Shown: positions 51,625-64,000 of the stretch, in pieces
Position numbering within the stretch: the stretch's first letter is position 1
How the letters are laid out: the number at the start of each line of letters is the position of its first letter
Source: Eledone cirrhosa
Taxonomy: Eukaryota
Length of the DNA: 64,000 nucleotides
Reading direction: 5' to 3'
NCBI GenBank assembly: GCA_964016885.1
Contig: OZ024741.1
Span: 201,314,001-201,378,000 of the forward strand
The notes under the pieces: generated by a model
Told to the model about the DNA's origin: nothing
The model's input: the letters and a program-made list of their open reading frames with translations, nothing else
Database searches by the model: none
Made by a program: the position numbers and the translations under genes

Positions 51625-52030
51625 TCAAATTCTATACTCTCCCACGCCGCCGTGAGCGCTACATAATCTACATGATGCGGAAAATAGTTCATCAGCATTG
51701 CCCAAATGATGTTGGCATCATCTTTAAATTACACCTAAGGCTTGGGCCCCATGCTATCCGCCTACAACAAAAAAACTCGCATCTCTCTAACAACAATACG
51801 GCACAATTATTTCCCCTCAACTGGTCCCACTTTCTTTTTATTACACCAAAACACACGAAAACAGAAACAGACTCCATAAAATTCAAAAAGTCTTTGGACA
51901 AATTCCTCTAAGAAATCCAAATTTCCTACACACGGATATGTTTCCGTAAACAATAACTTTCTACTTGAGTGTGCGGTGGTATCCAAATACTGATTTGAAA
52001 GACTTAGGAAACCTATCCAAGTTATTTATT
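51625..52030 (+). mobile_element. 3' fragment of the CR1-group LINE family seen at 39525-42650
   Basis: RRRERYIIY...PNDVGI.F..H.RLGP matches 39826-39960 in reverse. Confidence 0.75.
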
Positions 52031-52147
52031 AAGCTACCATATATTAATATATATGTATATTCATATACATATATGCAAAGCATTATCAACCTAACAAATG
52101 TTTCTGCCGGTATAAAATTTCAACCATTGTGTTATAATTTTATTATT

Positions 52148-52190
52148 TAACCCCTAGATTTCATTTCAGCACCGCAATCATCAGAGGTTA
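52148..52190 (-). ncRNA. Possible minimal hammerhead motif
   Basis: Minus strand: taacct-CTGATGA-ttgcggtgct-GAAA-tgaaatc-TA-ggggtta. The stems are weak. Confidence 0.35.
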
Positions 52191-53072
52191 TTAAAGGCTT
52201 CATTAATATTTCACACATAATAACAATGCATTACATTAAAACACTCATTATGGTAACGATTTGGAGAACGCAAAAGTTTCGAAGATGAGAGTGTCTTAAA
52301 ATCAAGTTGCAAAAGTTTCAAAAATTTCAAAATAAAAAAAACATTTCGAAAACAGTTCGAGTATGGCAACGATGAAGGGATGGCTATTTTTGTGAGAGTT
52401 ATATGGCGGTTACAGAGAAACTTATTTTGAGTTACAATTTCAGGAATCTTATTTGGAAAGATCGTAGTAATAAGTTCAGGGTCATTATTAATAGAAGTTT
52501 CTCATTAATAAAACTGTAGATACCTCTTTTGAGAAATGCGATGTTCATACTTATAATTTGGTTCAGAGGTACTAATGGTTGTAGGCGATAGGATAAATTC
52601 AAAATTTATTTAAAATACACTTAGCACAACATATACATGTGCATATTTACTGCGGAGTTGAAGTTAAGTTCGTTGGTAAAAGATGTTATTGGCAAGTTAG
52701 CGTAAAACGTTTATTAGTGTGTACGAATGTATAATATAATCCAAATATGCAATATATTAGAGTAACGTAAACTAAAAAATGTGTGTGTTTCAGTGTAGCT
52801 ATACTTATGTATAGCGTGGAATTTTTTCAAACGAAGTAATTTTTTTTTTAAACTATGATTTTTGTATTTCCCTGAAAAGTTTACATATCTATAAGATTAT
52901 ATAATCTTTATAAATTTTGTAAGAGCGGCCCTTATTAACAAATCATATTCTGTCAAAGTAACCACTGGTATATATTTATTGATCTGAATCTATTACTATA
53001 AAATGAGTAGATTTGTTATTATATCAAATGAATGTAATTAGTAGCAGTGAAAGTGGAATAATCCCGTAAGCT

Positions 53073-53682
53073 TGTAGTTTGAAAGCGGTTGGACCTAACT
53101 TGCGTCTCCAATCTACTCCAAACCGAGTCGTCTACTGTTCACTGCGCCGACGTCCGCGTGACTTACATCCGACTAAGGATAACAGAACCGCTCTCACTCA
53201 CGTTCGCACAACACGTCTACACTCGACCACAGCTTGAGGGAAAAGAGGCAGTCAATCGGCCCTGAACCCTCATGTTACCTCACGCATCCTTGCGCTTTCG
53301 GTCAGGCGTCCCCCAACTTCAGGAAGTCCCTTCTCGACGGCCCTACACGCACCCCTGATCTCAAGGATCAATCACCCCATCACATTACTCCATGCCAAAG
53401 TCAACCATCCACCTAGGTGGAAAGCGGCCCCGTTGTGATCTATGCACTGTTGTGGCGGTGCTTTCGTTCTCCTTTTCCTCGAAGTCCGTCAAATCAACGA
53501 TCCTACGGGCATCCAAGGCGTAGCGTGGCATTCCGTCTATAGACACGTTGTTTCGGGGTTTACAGCCATTCCCTTTGCCCACTTATACGAATGCATTCTC
53601 TCTCTCTCTCCTCCACGGGTTGTTGTGATACCGTGCACGGATGTCACCATTCTAACGATTACATTTAGATATATTTCCTACA
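53073..53682. mobile_element. Possible solo LTR
   Basis: GC-richer block of about 610 bp bounded by TGTAG...CTACA. No TSD was found. Confidence 0.3.
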
Positions 53683-53699
53683 CACGGCATTCCTGTATT

Positions 53700-55655
53700 A
53701 ATTAAAGACCAATTAATATTATATCTAACCTTATCTTCTTTAAGGGACCAAATTAATTTTGCCCGTGAAGTTGTATTTTTAGCTTCTCGTTTTTAAATGA
53801 ATGAGTATGAGCATAAAATCTAGTTTTGAATTTAGTGGCAGTGGCACTTATATAATTAAAGCTATTATCATTAGTTGATACCTCATATCTATAAATAACA
53901 TTAGTTTTAAGACATTTATCCCCAAACGGGCAACTATTAGGATGTTTACAATTACAATTCATCCCAATGGGCTGATTATTATTATTGGTTATAACCTTGT
54001 CATTATTCCCACCAACAGAAGTATCACTGGTACACTTAGACCTACCATATTTCATCTTGTTAATATAAGTACCATATACCTTATTATTGATTTGGGTGCT
54101 CACATTATTATTAGTATTACTATTATTCCTATTATTACCTTCATTACTATTAATAGTGTGATTACTCCCGATATTAATGAGTGGAGATACAATCAATAAC
54201 TATATCATTGTTAACAAAATTATTATTAGCATTATAATTTTCAGTACTAATACTCATATTATTTCTAGGGGATCTATTATTTTCTATTATACTACTATTT
54301 AATCTAAAGCAGTTAATTTTCTTTTTATTATTCATTGCTATATAATCAACCATATCTGGGGTTGTTGAAAAGGACAACTTCACATTATTTCTATTTAGTA
54401 TCTTATAATATCTGTGATTGTGAGGGAAGTTTTTTTCCAATATATGAAAGAATAATTTAGGTATATTGGAAGCAACTTGAATTCAGAAAGGAGGATTATA
54501 CCAGATGCAATTTTTCCTTCTTAATTTCTGCCTTGTATTATAATTACTTAATATATTATTTAATATGTCGTCTATGCCACTACCTACTTTATCCATTGAG
54601 TTTAGTATTAAATTGTCCTTTTTAAGGTCAATAGTTGGTTTAGACGAACTACCAATTTTATTCATTGGATTCCTATTTTTCATTCTATTATTATAATTTG
54701 TAAATTTACTATCATTATTTGGAGATGTACATTTAAAAGTATAGACCTCATTGTATATTCTATTATCTGTAACATATTTTGTTTTTTCCTTATACCCTGA
54801 TCTATGTAAGGCCCCATTATAATAATTATTATTTTGATTAAATACAGCAATATTCGACGATAGGTTTGTCATTCTGTTTGAGATATTGCTCACTAGTCCT
54901 TTTTTGATAGATTTTGGGTGGTTAGAGTGTTTATGTACATAAAATAAAACCTCACCTGGTTTATGGTAGGGTTGGAAAGAATGATTATTTAAGTCTAAAC
55001 TAACATCTAAGAAATTGACTACTCTATCATTATTTTCAATAGTAGCGGTTAAATCATATTCCTTTAAAAGTTTATGTATATGTTTCCTTACTCTCTCTAA
55101 AGTTGAATTGGTTGATGCATTCTTCAAAAGTAAAAAGAGCATCATCCTGATACAATCCTCCTCCCATAGCAGGTAACTTAGCCTTAAGTTTATCTAAAAG
55201 AAATAAGCCAGCAAGATCAGTCACTTGGGCCGTGTCACTGAAACCCATAGTGACATCAAAATTATTTGGGCGATCATTTCTAGGCTATAGATCCCCATTA
55301 AACATTAAACTCTATGATAGTTCTAGCTACTAAAATTGTACCAATTTAATTTGTGTAATGTCTGTAATGCTAGCAACAAAAGACAAAACTTTATCAAGGA
55401 GAGAGGGGGAGATAGAAGCATAATAATTATTAATGTCAAACTGCATGAATTTCAGTTTACTACAATTATTGAGGTTTTTAAACCAATTAATTACATCGTT
55501 AGTGTTTCCCCAAAGACTTAACATTATCTTATTTTTAATTTGTGGGATTACTCTATCAATTATTTTGTCTACCCTTATTCTACCTATATCCGAAGTAAAA
55601 GGATAAATAAGTTTTATAAAAGGGTAAGTATAGAAATTCACTTTATGATCCTTTA
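53700..55655 (-). mobile_element. Penelope-like element (related to 47085-48430): RT plus GIY-YIG with Asn-rich insertions
   Basis: FMQFDINNYYASI, MGFSDTAQVTDLAGLF, GLYQDDAL, VNFLDVSLDL..PYHKP..YVHKHSNHP, IWYNPPF and CNCKHPNSCPFGDKC. Confidence 0.88.
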
Positions 55656-55660
55656 TATAT

Positions 55661-55719
<59 letters not shown>

Positions 55720-56367
55720 AATACACACATACAGACAAACAAATAGTGAATATCCTGTTAAACAAAAGTGAATTAGTATGTATCTATGTTTCTGTAATTA
55801 TGTGTGTGTGTATATATATGTGTGTATACGTATATTTTTTGTGTGTAAACGACATAACATTCAAGCGTTAAACTAATACCATTCATCGTACTGTCTTCGG
55901 TGTTTTAACTGGCTTGTTTACCGATGACTAACTGATGCTGGTTAAATTAGTATTTTTAGTATTCGTTCCATGTCGTCTGTTCGAAGTTTTGGAGATAACC
56001 GAGAGATTAGTGAAGAACGAGATTATATCGTCGTCACGAGCTTTTAAAACCAAATTACGCCGGGATCATCAGTTTACTTTTTCTTCTTTTAATCTACGGA
56101 TAGCAAAAAATAAGTAATTCGGTTAATATTATTGATGTAAAACATTAATAGTATTAACAGAATTACTGGTACACAGATGGTTTGTTTCAGTAATTTTTTT
56201 ATTATTACACCCGTTAGTCTCTCGGGCTGGAGACTACAGAAAACCAATAATTTGCTGCGAATTTTAAAATATCTAAAAAAATATCTAAAAAAAATCACAG
56301 GAAAATCTTAAATTTCACCATCTAAATTCTATCGAAACCTATCACCTACCCCTAAAATTAAAATAAT

Positions 56368-56700
56368 AATTGTTTCTACTTTTGGCACAAGGCCAGCAAT
56401 TATTCAGTGCATTACTGGTACTTTATTTTATCGACCCCGTAAGGATGAAAGGCAAAGTTAACCTCGGCGGGATTTATCTCACCCGTCTTGGACAGTGACA
56501 TGTGAAGTTATAATTGTTTCTATATTTGGAACAAGGCCAGCAATTATCCCAGTGCATTACTGCTGCTTTATTTTATCGACTCCTTCCCGTCAGGATGAAA
56601 GGCAAAGTTAACTTCGGCGGGATTTGAACTCAGACCGTAAAGGGCCGTAACTCTTTGCTGCAAAGCATGGCGTCATACCCTCTACCGATACTGCCAATCT
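56368..56700 (-). mobile_element. Two SINE family A copies (56368-56475 partial, 56512-56700 near full)
   Basis: Reverse-complement match, with (AAT)n flanks. Confidence 0.88.
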
Positions 56701-57135
56701 ACGTAATAATAATTTATCTTTACATCTATATTTAAAAACGTTATTAATTGGCTATTAACGTCTCATCTAAGAAATATGAATATAATAGTTATTTCTTACG
56801 TGCGTGTCTTTCTGCATCCAATTGATCTTCAGAATTATTCTCTTCGTATCATCACCCACAACAGAAAATACAGCTGCCGCTATTTCAACACACATTGCCT
56901 GCTGCATACTTCTATTTTGTTTTAATTCTTTTCTCCCTCATAAATTCACTAGTATGCATAAGGTATAAATATTTGAGACTCAATATTATATAAGTGTGTA
57001 AATACTTAAAGTTTATTTGAATATATGTGTGTCTTCTACTATTTTTTAATATTAAAAAAAACGTGCGTTGAAGCAGCTAACTTCAAGTTAACATTACTTC
57101 AATACACACACACATACACACACGCACATACACAC

Positions 57136-57195
<60 letters not shown>

Positions 57196-57406
57196 CCTAA
57201 TAATTTATATAAATTGTTTAATGATCCAGCCACCATAATGTTCTCACTCATGATAATACATCTGAAGGAGTTTCTTTTTTCACTCTCCGATGAGGCTTAT
57301 TTGACTTTAATAGAATGTGCTCCTCGTCCAAGTGGCACCCATGGCACGTGCTATGCTTGCCATAGCCTAGTTACGCTTCTCTCTCTCTCTCTATATATAT
57401 ATATAT

Positions 57407-57575
<169 letters not shown>

Positions 57576-58669
57576 TAGAGAGAGAAAAAATTTAAAAATA
57601 GCCAGACATATTCGAGGCGTAGAAAACCCTATGTTTTAATGTATTAGTATTTATAAAACTTACACTATATTGTAAATATCAGTATTCCTGAATGAAACAA
57701 GTATTCACAATGCGTGAAAATTCATTATCTTATGTTTAGTCTTTTAAAAAATTCATATGTCTATGTGAATCCAACTGATTCACTCCGCAAATTCAAAGTT
57801 ACCGGAAAACATTCTCAATGTGGTATAAAAATTTGAGCGTATTATTATTCTTGCGATTACTCTACAAGATTATCTATCAAGCAGAAATAGAGAGCAGATT
57901 TCAATATACTAATCGAAAATATATATTATATTATAAGCAGAGATAACAATAATAATGATAATAAGTAAAAATATATAAAAAAATATAAAAATATAGAATA
58001 GAAAAACTAAAAAAGAATATTACGAAAGAATATTACATAATAAAAATATTGCATATTAAAAATACTACGTATTACAAATATTACGTATTAAAACTTTACA
58101 TATAAAAATATTAAAAATAAAAATTTACATATAAAAATATTAATAAAATAAAAATATTATAGAATACTACAATACTAAAAGAATAAAAATAAAAATAAAA
58201 ATAAAAATACAAATAAAAATAAAAATAAAAATAAAAATGAAAATAAAAATAAACCACAAAGAACAACCCTTCAAAGTTAATTGACAATATATTGCCAAGT
58301 TCACTACAAGACAAAGCCAAAAATTATCTATCAAATCACATCTAGCAAGGAATATCGCAAAAAAAGATTATGATGTCCAATAATGTCTACATATGTTCCT
58401 ATATTTAATATATAAGTTTATCAAGTGTAAGGTTAATTCAAAAAATTTGGAGCATCGGCTTTTAGGGTAGCTTAATTTTTCATGAGGAATGTTTAGATAA
58501 AAATAAAAATAAAAATAAAAATAAATAAAATAAAATAAACAATAAAAAGAGTAAAAAGAGGGAATCAAAGATTTAGGAATCAAAAGATTTATCGGCTAGT
58601 TCTCATATAAATATAAATCAAACTAAATATACTACATTTTAAATTTAAATTTATATTTAAACGTTGAGT

Positions 58670-58895
58670 TTAATCTATGTTTGCAACAACTGAATAAATT
58701 TGTCCGTAGGTTAAGGGAATTTTTAGATTTTAGTATAAAGAATATCTCCTCTGCGCAGAGGTCACATGTCTCAGAGGATGAATTAAAAGGAATCCCTCTT
58801 GAGACTATATTCCAAGCCGTCGAATATCTAACGTTATCTAGCTTAAGTTGCCAGAGTACACCTGATAGTGCCGTTGAAGATTTTTTATTTGGATC
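58670..58895 (-). mobile_element. Penelope-like GIY-YIG C-terminal relic
   Basis: The minus strand reads STALSGVLWQLK...WNIV...CDLCAEE...LNLRTNLFSCCKH, which parallels 48185-48400. Confidence 0.7.
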
Positions 58896-58961
58896 TGTGA
58901 ATATATCTCTCTATATCTCTCTATATCTCTCTATATATCTCCCTTACATTAATACTTGAGC

Positions 58962-59004
<43 letters not shown>

Positions 59005-59375
59005 ATGCATCATTGATACACTTACTCAAAATGACCTCCCACTACCTAATTTTTCTATATCTATATTTATATATGTATTTATCTCTACTTCCTCTCTCTC
59101 TATATATATATATATATCTCTTTCTGTCTCTTTACATGAAGCTCTTCGCTTTATCTATTTTTCCATCTCTCTATTTTGTCCCATGCATTTCTTCTTTTTC
59201 TTTTTCTTCTTTTTCTTCATTTTCTTCGTTTTGTCTTTCTTTCTTTCCTATTTCCCTCTTTTCTCTCTCTCTTTCTTTCTCTCTGTATTTTCACTGCTAG
59301 AGTGAACCTCTTCAAATGAAGTTGATGTTTATTACGGTATGTCGAATATATTTATCTATAAAACTGTTTATATTG

Positions 59376-59441
59376 TATTTTGTCTGATGAAGGCATAGCA
59401 TATTGTTAATATGATATCCCCGAAATATATATAATGAAATA
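59376..59441 (+). ncRNA. Type I hammerhead motif (paralogue of 181-245)
   Basis: tattttgt-CTGATGA-aggcatagcat..atgatatcccc-GAAA-tatata-TA-atgaaata. Confidence 0.7.
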
Positions 59442-59569
59442 AATATGGTTTTATAAATATAGTTTTCCATTTATTTAATATTGTAAATATACTCCAAGTA
59501 TTTGTCGAGTGCTTTTATATCAGTTATAAATATTTACTAGTTGTAACCCAACAATTTTAAATATAACTT

Positions 59570-59611
<42 letters not shown>

Positions 59612-59616
<5 letters not shown>

Positions 59617-59799
59617 GTGGTTACATAACAGTTAGTTCACCATACCGAGAACAATTGTTTCACCTTAGCGGATCCTCAGCTCGTAATGGACATGGTTATA
59701 CGAAGGACCGTATAAACATGTCCATTACGAGCTGAGGATCCGCTAAGGTGAAACAAGTGTTCTCGGTATGGTGAACTAACTGTTGTGTAACCACTTCTA
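59612..59799. repeat. About 90-bp-arm hairpin with hammerhead-like motifs in both arms (59646-59683 minus, 59728-59765 plus)
   Basis: Arms 59612-59702 / 59709-59799 with loop AAGGAC. Motif cgag-CTGAGGA-tccgctaaggt-GAAA-caa(t/g)tg-TT-ctcg. Confidence 0.8.
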
Positions 59800-59860
59800 C
59801 CTAACTCGTCCCATGGGCTGAGTGCTCTACCACTACGGATATTACCTTCCAGTGTTCTAC

Positions 59861-59898
<38 letters not shown>

Positions 59899-60049
59899 GA
59901 TATTAACAAATGGAAACTATATTTATAAAACCATATTTTAAATATAGTTTCCATTTGTTAATATCGTATTTTTACTCCAATTATTTGTTGAGTGCTTTAT
60001 ATCAGTTATAAAAATATTTGCTTGTTGTATCCCAACAATTTAAATAGAA

Positions 60050-60112
<63 letters not shown>

Positions 60113-60856
60113 AGAATATATATATATATATATATATATATATCCTGTAGAATCTCATCTATATTAAAACTTGTATACTCTGCAATGTATTGAGTACCTT
60201 ACTTACTGTGGTTACCTCCGATTCAACCCGGAATAACGTATATATATATATATATGTATATATATATACATATATATATATACACACACGTGCGCACACG
60301 CTCATATAGGTCAATATATTCTGACCCCACAGGCAATAGTTGAGTGAAGTAGGCAAGGCTAGTTAGTCTAAGAAAACACACGCGTATTCGAGGCTGGTAG
60401 TGAGAAGTTGAAATGGTGGCAGAAGAATGAAACATTTCCTGCTCCATAATTCACTGATCCACACATACTGCCAGCTCATCACCTCGTCGAGCAGTCAAAC
60501 TATATATCGTGTGATTCGCAATAGAACCATCATTATCTATGCTGTCGAAAGCGACTGACATGGCTAATTATGCCTCCGCGGCTATGTTAGGGTAAATATC
60601 CGTTGACAAAATATAATTCCTGTTTGTTGGCATAGCAATTCAGTCACATGCAAATTTACTACTGTGCAATATAAGCAGCATGTTTTGCATGCTGACAGAC
60701 ACAGATGAATGAATGGGCGGTGGTATGCGCTTGTGTGTGCGTATGAGAGAGGGGGGTGCGTGTGTGTGTGTGTGCTTCAACCGAAATAGATGTCCGTGTT
60801 TATATAAACATGTTTACATGTGCTTACGTCTTCGTGTGTGTATATAATATATATAA

Positions 60857-61044
60857 CAAAGGAAGTGTGGTAAGGAACCAGATGGACCATAAGACACCAG
60901 AGTATTCAATACTTAAGGTGGTAGAGTGGGAAATAGGAAAAAGTATGACCCCGACGGCAGAGCTCAAGCCGTTTCGACGGCTATTTCAGTCCAGAAATAG
61001 CCGTCGAAACGGCTTGAGCTCTGCCGTCGGGGTCTTGAACATTT

Positions 61045-61088
<44 letters not shown>

Positions 61089-61307
61089 AAATGTTCAAGA
61101 CCCCGACGGCAGAGCTCAAGCCGTTTCGACGGCTATTTCTGGATTCTATTTCTGGACGGCTATTTCAGTCCAGAAATAGCCGTCGAAACGGCTTGAACTC
61201 TGCCGTCGGGGTCTTGAACATTTTCCTATTACCCATTCTACTACCCTAAGTATTGAGTACTCTGGTGCGTTATGGTCCATCTGGTTCCTTACCACACTTC
61301 CTTCGTT
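60857..61307. mobile_element. Foldback/MITE-like element with about 80-bp TIRs, internal hairpins and central (TA)n
   Basis: AAGGAAGTGTGGTAAGGAACCAGATGGACCATAA ... TTATGGTCCATCTGGTTCCTTACCACACTTCCTT. The module GACCCCGACGGCAGAGCTCAAGCCGTTTCGACGGCTATTTC occurs four times in alternating orientation. Confidence 0.8.
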
Positions 61308-61480
61308 GTATATATGTGTGTGTGTGTATATATATGTGTGTATGTGTCACTGGGTGGAGTTTGCAAGTATTTTTATTTACAAAACTTTACAGCCAAACTG
61401 TTAAGAATTCAATACATAACAGTAAATATATTAAAATACATTATGTATACTCAGTCGACTTCACTTCTAAATGCATACAT

Positions 61481-61512
<32 letters not shown>

Positions 61513-61513
<1 letters not shown>

Positions 61514-61727
61514 CGATCGACTTTCGTCAAATCGGACCGAGGGAACAATGTTTCCGTTGGTCTTTCCAATTGCTAATACTATCTATCAGTCGCAACTCCA
61601 GATAGAAGGAGCAACGTGAAATAAAGCCTCTTGCTCAAGGACATAACGCATCACCTGGTCCAGGAATCGAACTCACAACCTTACGATTGCGAATCCAATT
61701 CTCTAACCACTCCGCCACACGCCTTCA
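61513..61727 (-). mobile_element. SINE family B
   Basis: Matches 31839-32052 and is embedded in (TA)n. Confidence 0.85.
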
Positions 61728-61796
61728 TATATATATATATATATATATACATATATATATAGGCCATATTCAGTTGATTCAGGTTTATTTAAAACT

Positions 61797-61854
61797 CTGT
61801 AATACATATTTCACTGAGGACTATCAGTTGCGATAGCCTGACCTCTTCAGACGG
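61797..61854 (-). ncRNA. Possible hammerhead motif
   Basis: Minus strand: ccgt-CTGAAGA-ggtcaggctatc gcaact gatagtcctcagt-GAAA-tatgta-TT-acag. Confidence 0.4.
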
Positions 61855-62761
61855 CAAAACCTAAAATAAACATTGAAAGTTCCTAAGATCTTAAAATTTG
61901 GAAAAATACAATAATCCAATAATTTCCTCGAAAAACATGTGTATATATAATTCAAGAAATGATAAGACAAACACATGCAAAGCCTCAAAGCCGCCAAGGC
62001 GGGTGGAGCACTGAATGAGACTGTCTCACCCCACCCTACTTTTGAATGGCGCACCCTCAGATTTAGAAAATAGATGTAATAATAAAGATAACTGCCCTGA
62101 AATACGTTTCTTGCTAATTAAACTGCCCATCCCGAACATTCTGGAGCCCACCCACTCATAAATACTAGGTATATACAAACTTATAATATTGGGGATTGTT
62201 TGAAAGTTAATATTTAGATATACATATGAAACAAAACCTTATTTTCTTTTATCTATTCGTCTGTTGTTGTAATAAAATTCCTTTGATTCTAGCTGAGGTA
62301 AGTTTTAAAACGTAAATTATTACTCCAGTTAATTTTGGGATTAAAGCGATCCCTTTTTCCTTATGTTTATAAAAACAACGGAGAATTATCTACCGACCAT
62401 TGTGTAGGGCAGCAATTCACCAGCAACTGTTTATTTGATTAAGTATAACTTTGAAGCATCGTACTGTATACAGTGTACTGTATAGTATTGTATAGGTTAA
62501 ACTGAACTTACACCTTCCGACACACATGTCATCCGGAAATACTTCTCTCTTCACTCGTTATATATTAAACCAGTCGCGCGGAAGTCCAAACATTTACCAT
62601 CGTTTATTTTCTATATATTATATACCCCTTTTATTCATAGCCTTTATTAGTAGAGAAAGAAGGCATTTTCTTTAGAAACTTGCATTTTGAATTATATGGA
62701 TTATAGACAGTACTTCTCTACAGTATTTATTTACTTTTATTTTGACGTATATACGTATATG

Positions 62762-62844
<83 letters not shown>

Positions 62845-62884
62845 TTATACGTGTATATATATAGAGAGAGATAGATGTATATAT

Positions 62885-64000
62885 GGTAACATGTAACCCA
62901 GTACTACCTGTCTCATGGTCGGGTCGTCGGCGACTAAACCGGCAACCCCACCAAGCTTGCTTGGTGAGGAGGGTGATATTTGGACACCTTGCGGGATGAA
63001 ATACAAAATCTGGCAAAGAGCGGAGGAACTCAGCTGAGTCAAGGACCATCCAAATAGAACTTTTTTTTTTTTTTTTTTTTACCTGGGAGTGAAGGGCCCC
63101 CTTTCTAGGAGAGGGAAACTCTGGAAAAAAAAGCTGCGGCTTTGGAAGCATCCGATGATGTTGACCAGTTCTCCTTTTCGGGAAGTGTTTCCGATGCTCA
63201 GAGAGTGGGACTGGTCGCGTGCAAGGCCTTTCCCCACTTAAAAAACCTTCAAAGCACAGGCATCGCTTGTTCAGGATCTGTTACAGATTCGTGTGGCTGG
63301 CCGTAGCCTAAAAGTGCACCAAACTCTATGATGACAGATGATAAACTTGAGGTCAATGGCAGTAAGGGCTCTGGAACTTATTGTGAAGGCGTCTGGCCCG
63401 GCAGGTGTCCCATGGTACCGCAACGTGGGCCGAGTCATCATCCTACAACTGCAAGGACGTTCAAACCTCTGAATATTGGATGTTGGAATGTAAGAACTTT
63501 ACTGGATTCCCAGTCCAGTAAAACTCGGCCTGAAAGAAGATCTGCCTTAGTGTCGAGGGAACTCGATCGCTATAGCATGGACATCGTTGCTCTTTCAGAA
63601 ACGTGATTGGTAGGTGAGGGTCAATTCAAAGAACAGAAGGGAGGATATACCTTCTATTGGAGTGGTGGAGCAGAGGGTTGTAGGAGAGAGGCAGGGGTCG
63701 CATTTGCAGTCAGGAATGGAATCGTCTCAAAGCTGGAAAATCTTCTTTGTGGATTCAATGATCGGATAATGTCCATGAGAGTCCCTCTGATTTAAAACCG
63801 CTTTGTGACTCTGGGCAGTGTGTACGCACCTACTATGTGTGCCAGTGATGATGAAAAACTAAGTTTCTACATGTCTTTGAGAGAGGTCATCCATGTTATA
63901 CCTTATGCAGACAAGATTGTCATCCTTGATGATTTTAATGCACGTGTTGGTAATGACTGGGAAGCTTGGAGTGTGACGGGCAAGTATGGAGTAGGTAAGT
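62885..64000 (+). mobile_element. RTE (BovB-like) LINE 5' end: 5' UTR plus endonuclease N-terminus, running off the window
   Basis: LNIGCWNVRTL, RPERRSALVSREL.RY..DIVALSET (then TGA), GYTFYWSG, GVAFAV, VYAPT and DDFNARVG. Confidence 0.9.

Noticed and set aside
58681-58959. Plus-strand 92-aa ORF as a host exon
   Set aside because: The opposite strand encodes a recognisable PLE endonuclease C-terminus, so this ORF is its antisense shadow.
62885-63330. Twister ribozyme at the RTE 5' end
   Set aside because: The characteristic twister consensus elements could not be found. It is retained only as an unassigned structured motif.

Overview
This is eukaryotic, AT-rich DNA saturated with microsatellites ((TA)n, (CA)n, (GA)n, (ATT)n). 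It is almost entirely a nest of decayed transposable elements and is probably intronic or intergenic. The repeat style suggests an invertebrate, plausibly an octopod cephalopod; this is inference only. No intact host gene is evident, and only two weak micro-exon candidates were seen. Recognisable elements are: two long Tx1/L1-type LINEs plus fragments, R4/Dong-type LINE relics, a CR1-group LINE, many RTE pieces, at least seven Penelope-like element (PLE) relics, a Chapaev (CMC) DNA transposon with TIRs, Helitron relics, a pogo/Tigger-like end and two tRNA-derived SINE families. The most notable signals are three. (1) About 15 type I hammerhead ribozyme motifs read directly from the sequence, many with self-complementary stem III, some with greatly extended stem II, and several in palindromic non-coding elements lodged in (TA)n. 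(2) An apparent Tx1 LINE / SINE partnership with a shared 3' tail and head-to-tail accumulation in (ATT)n. (3) Numerous long inverted repeats. Most short ORFs in the supplied track are microsatellite artefacts.
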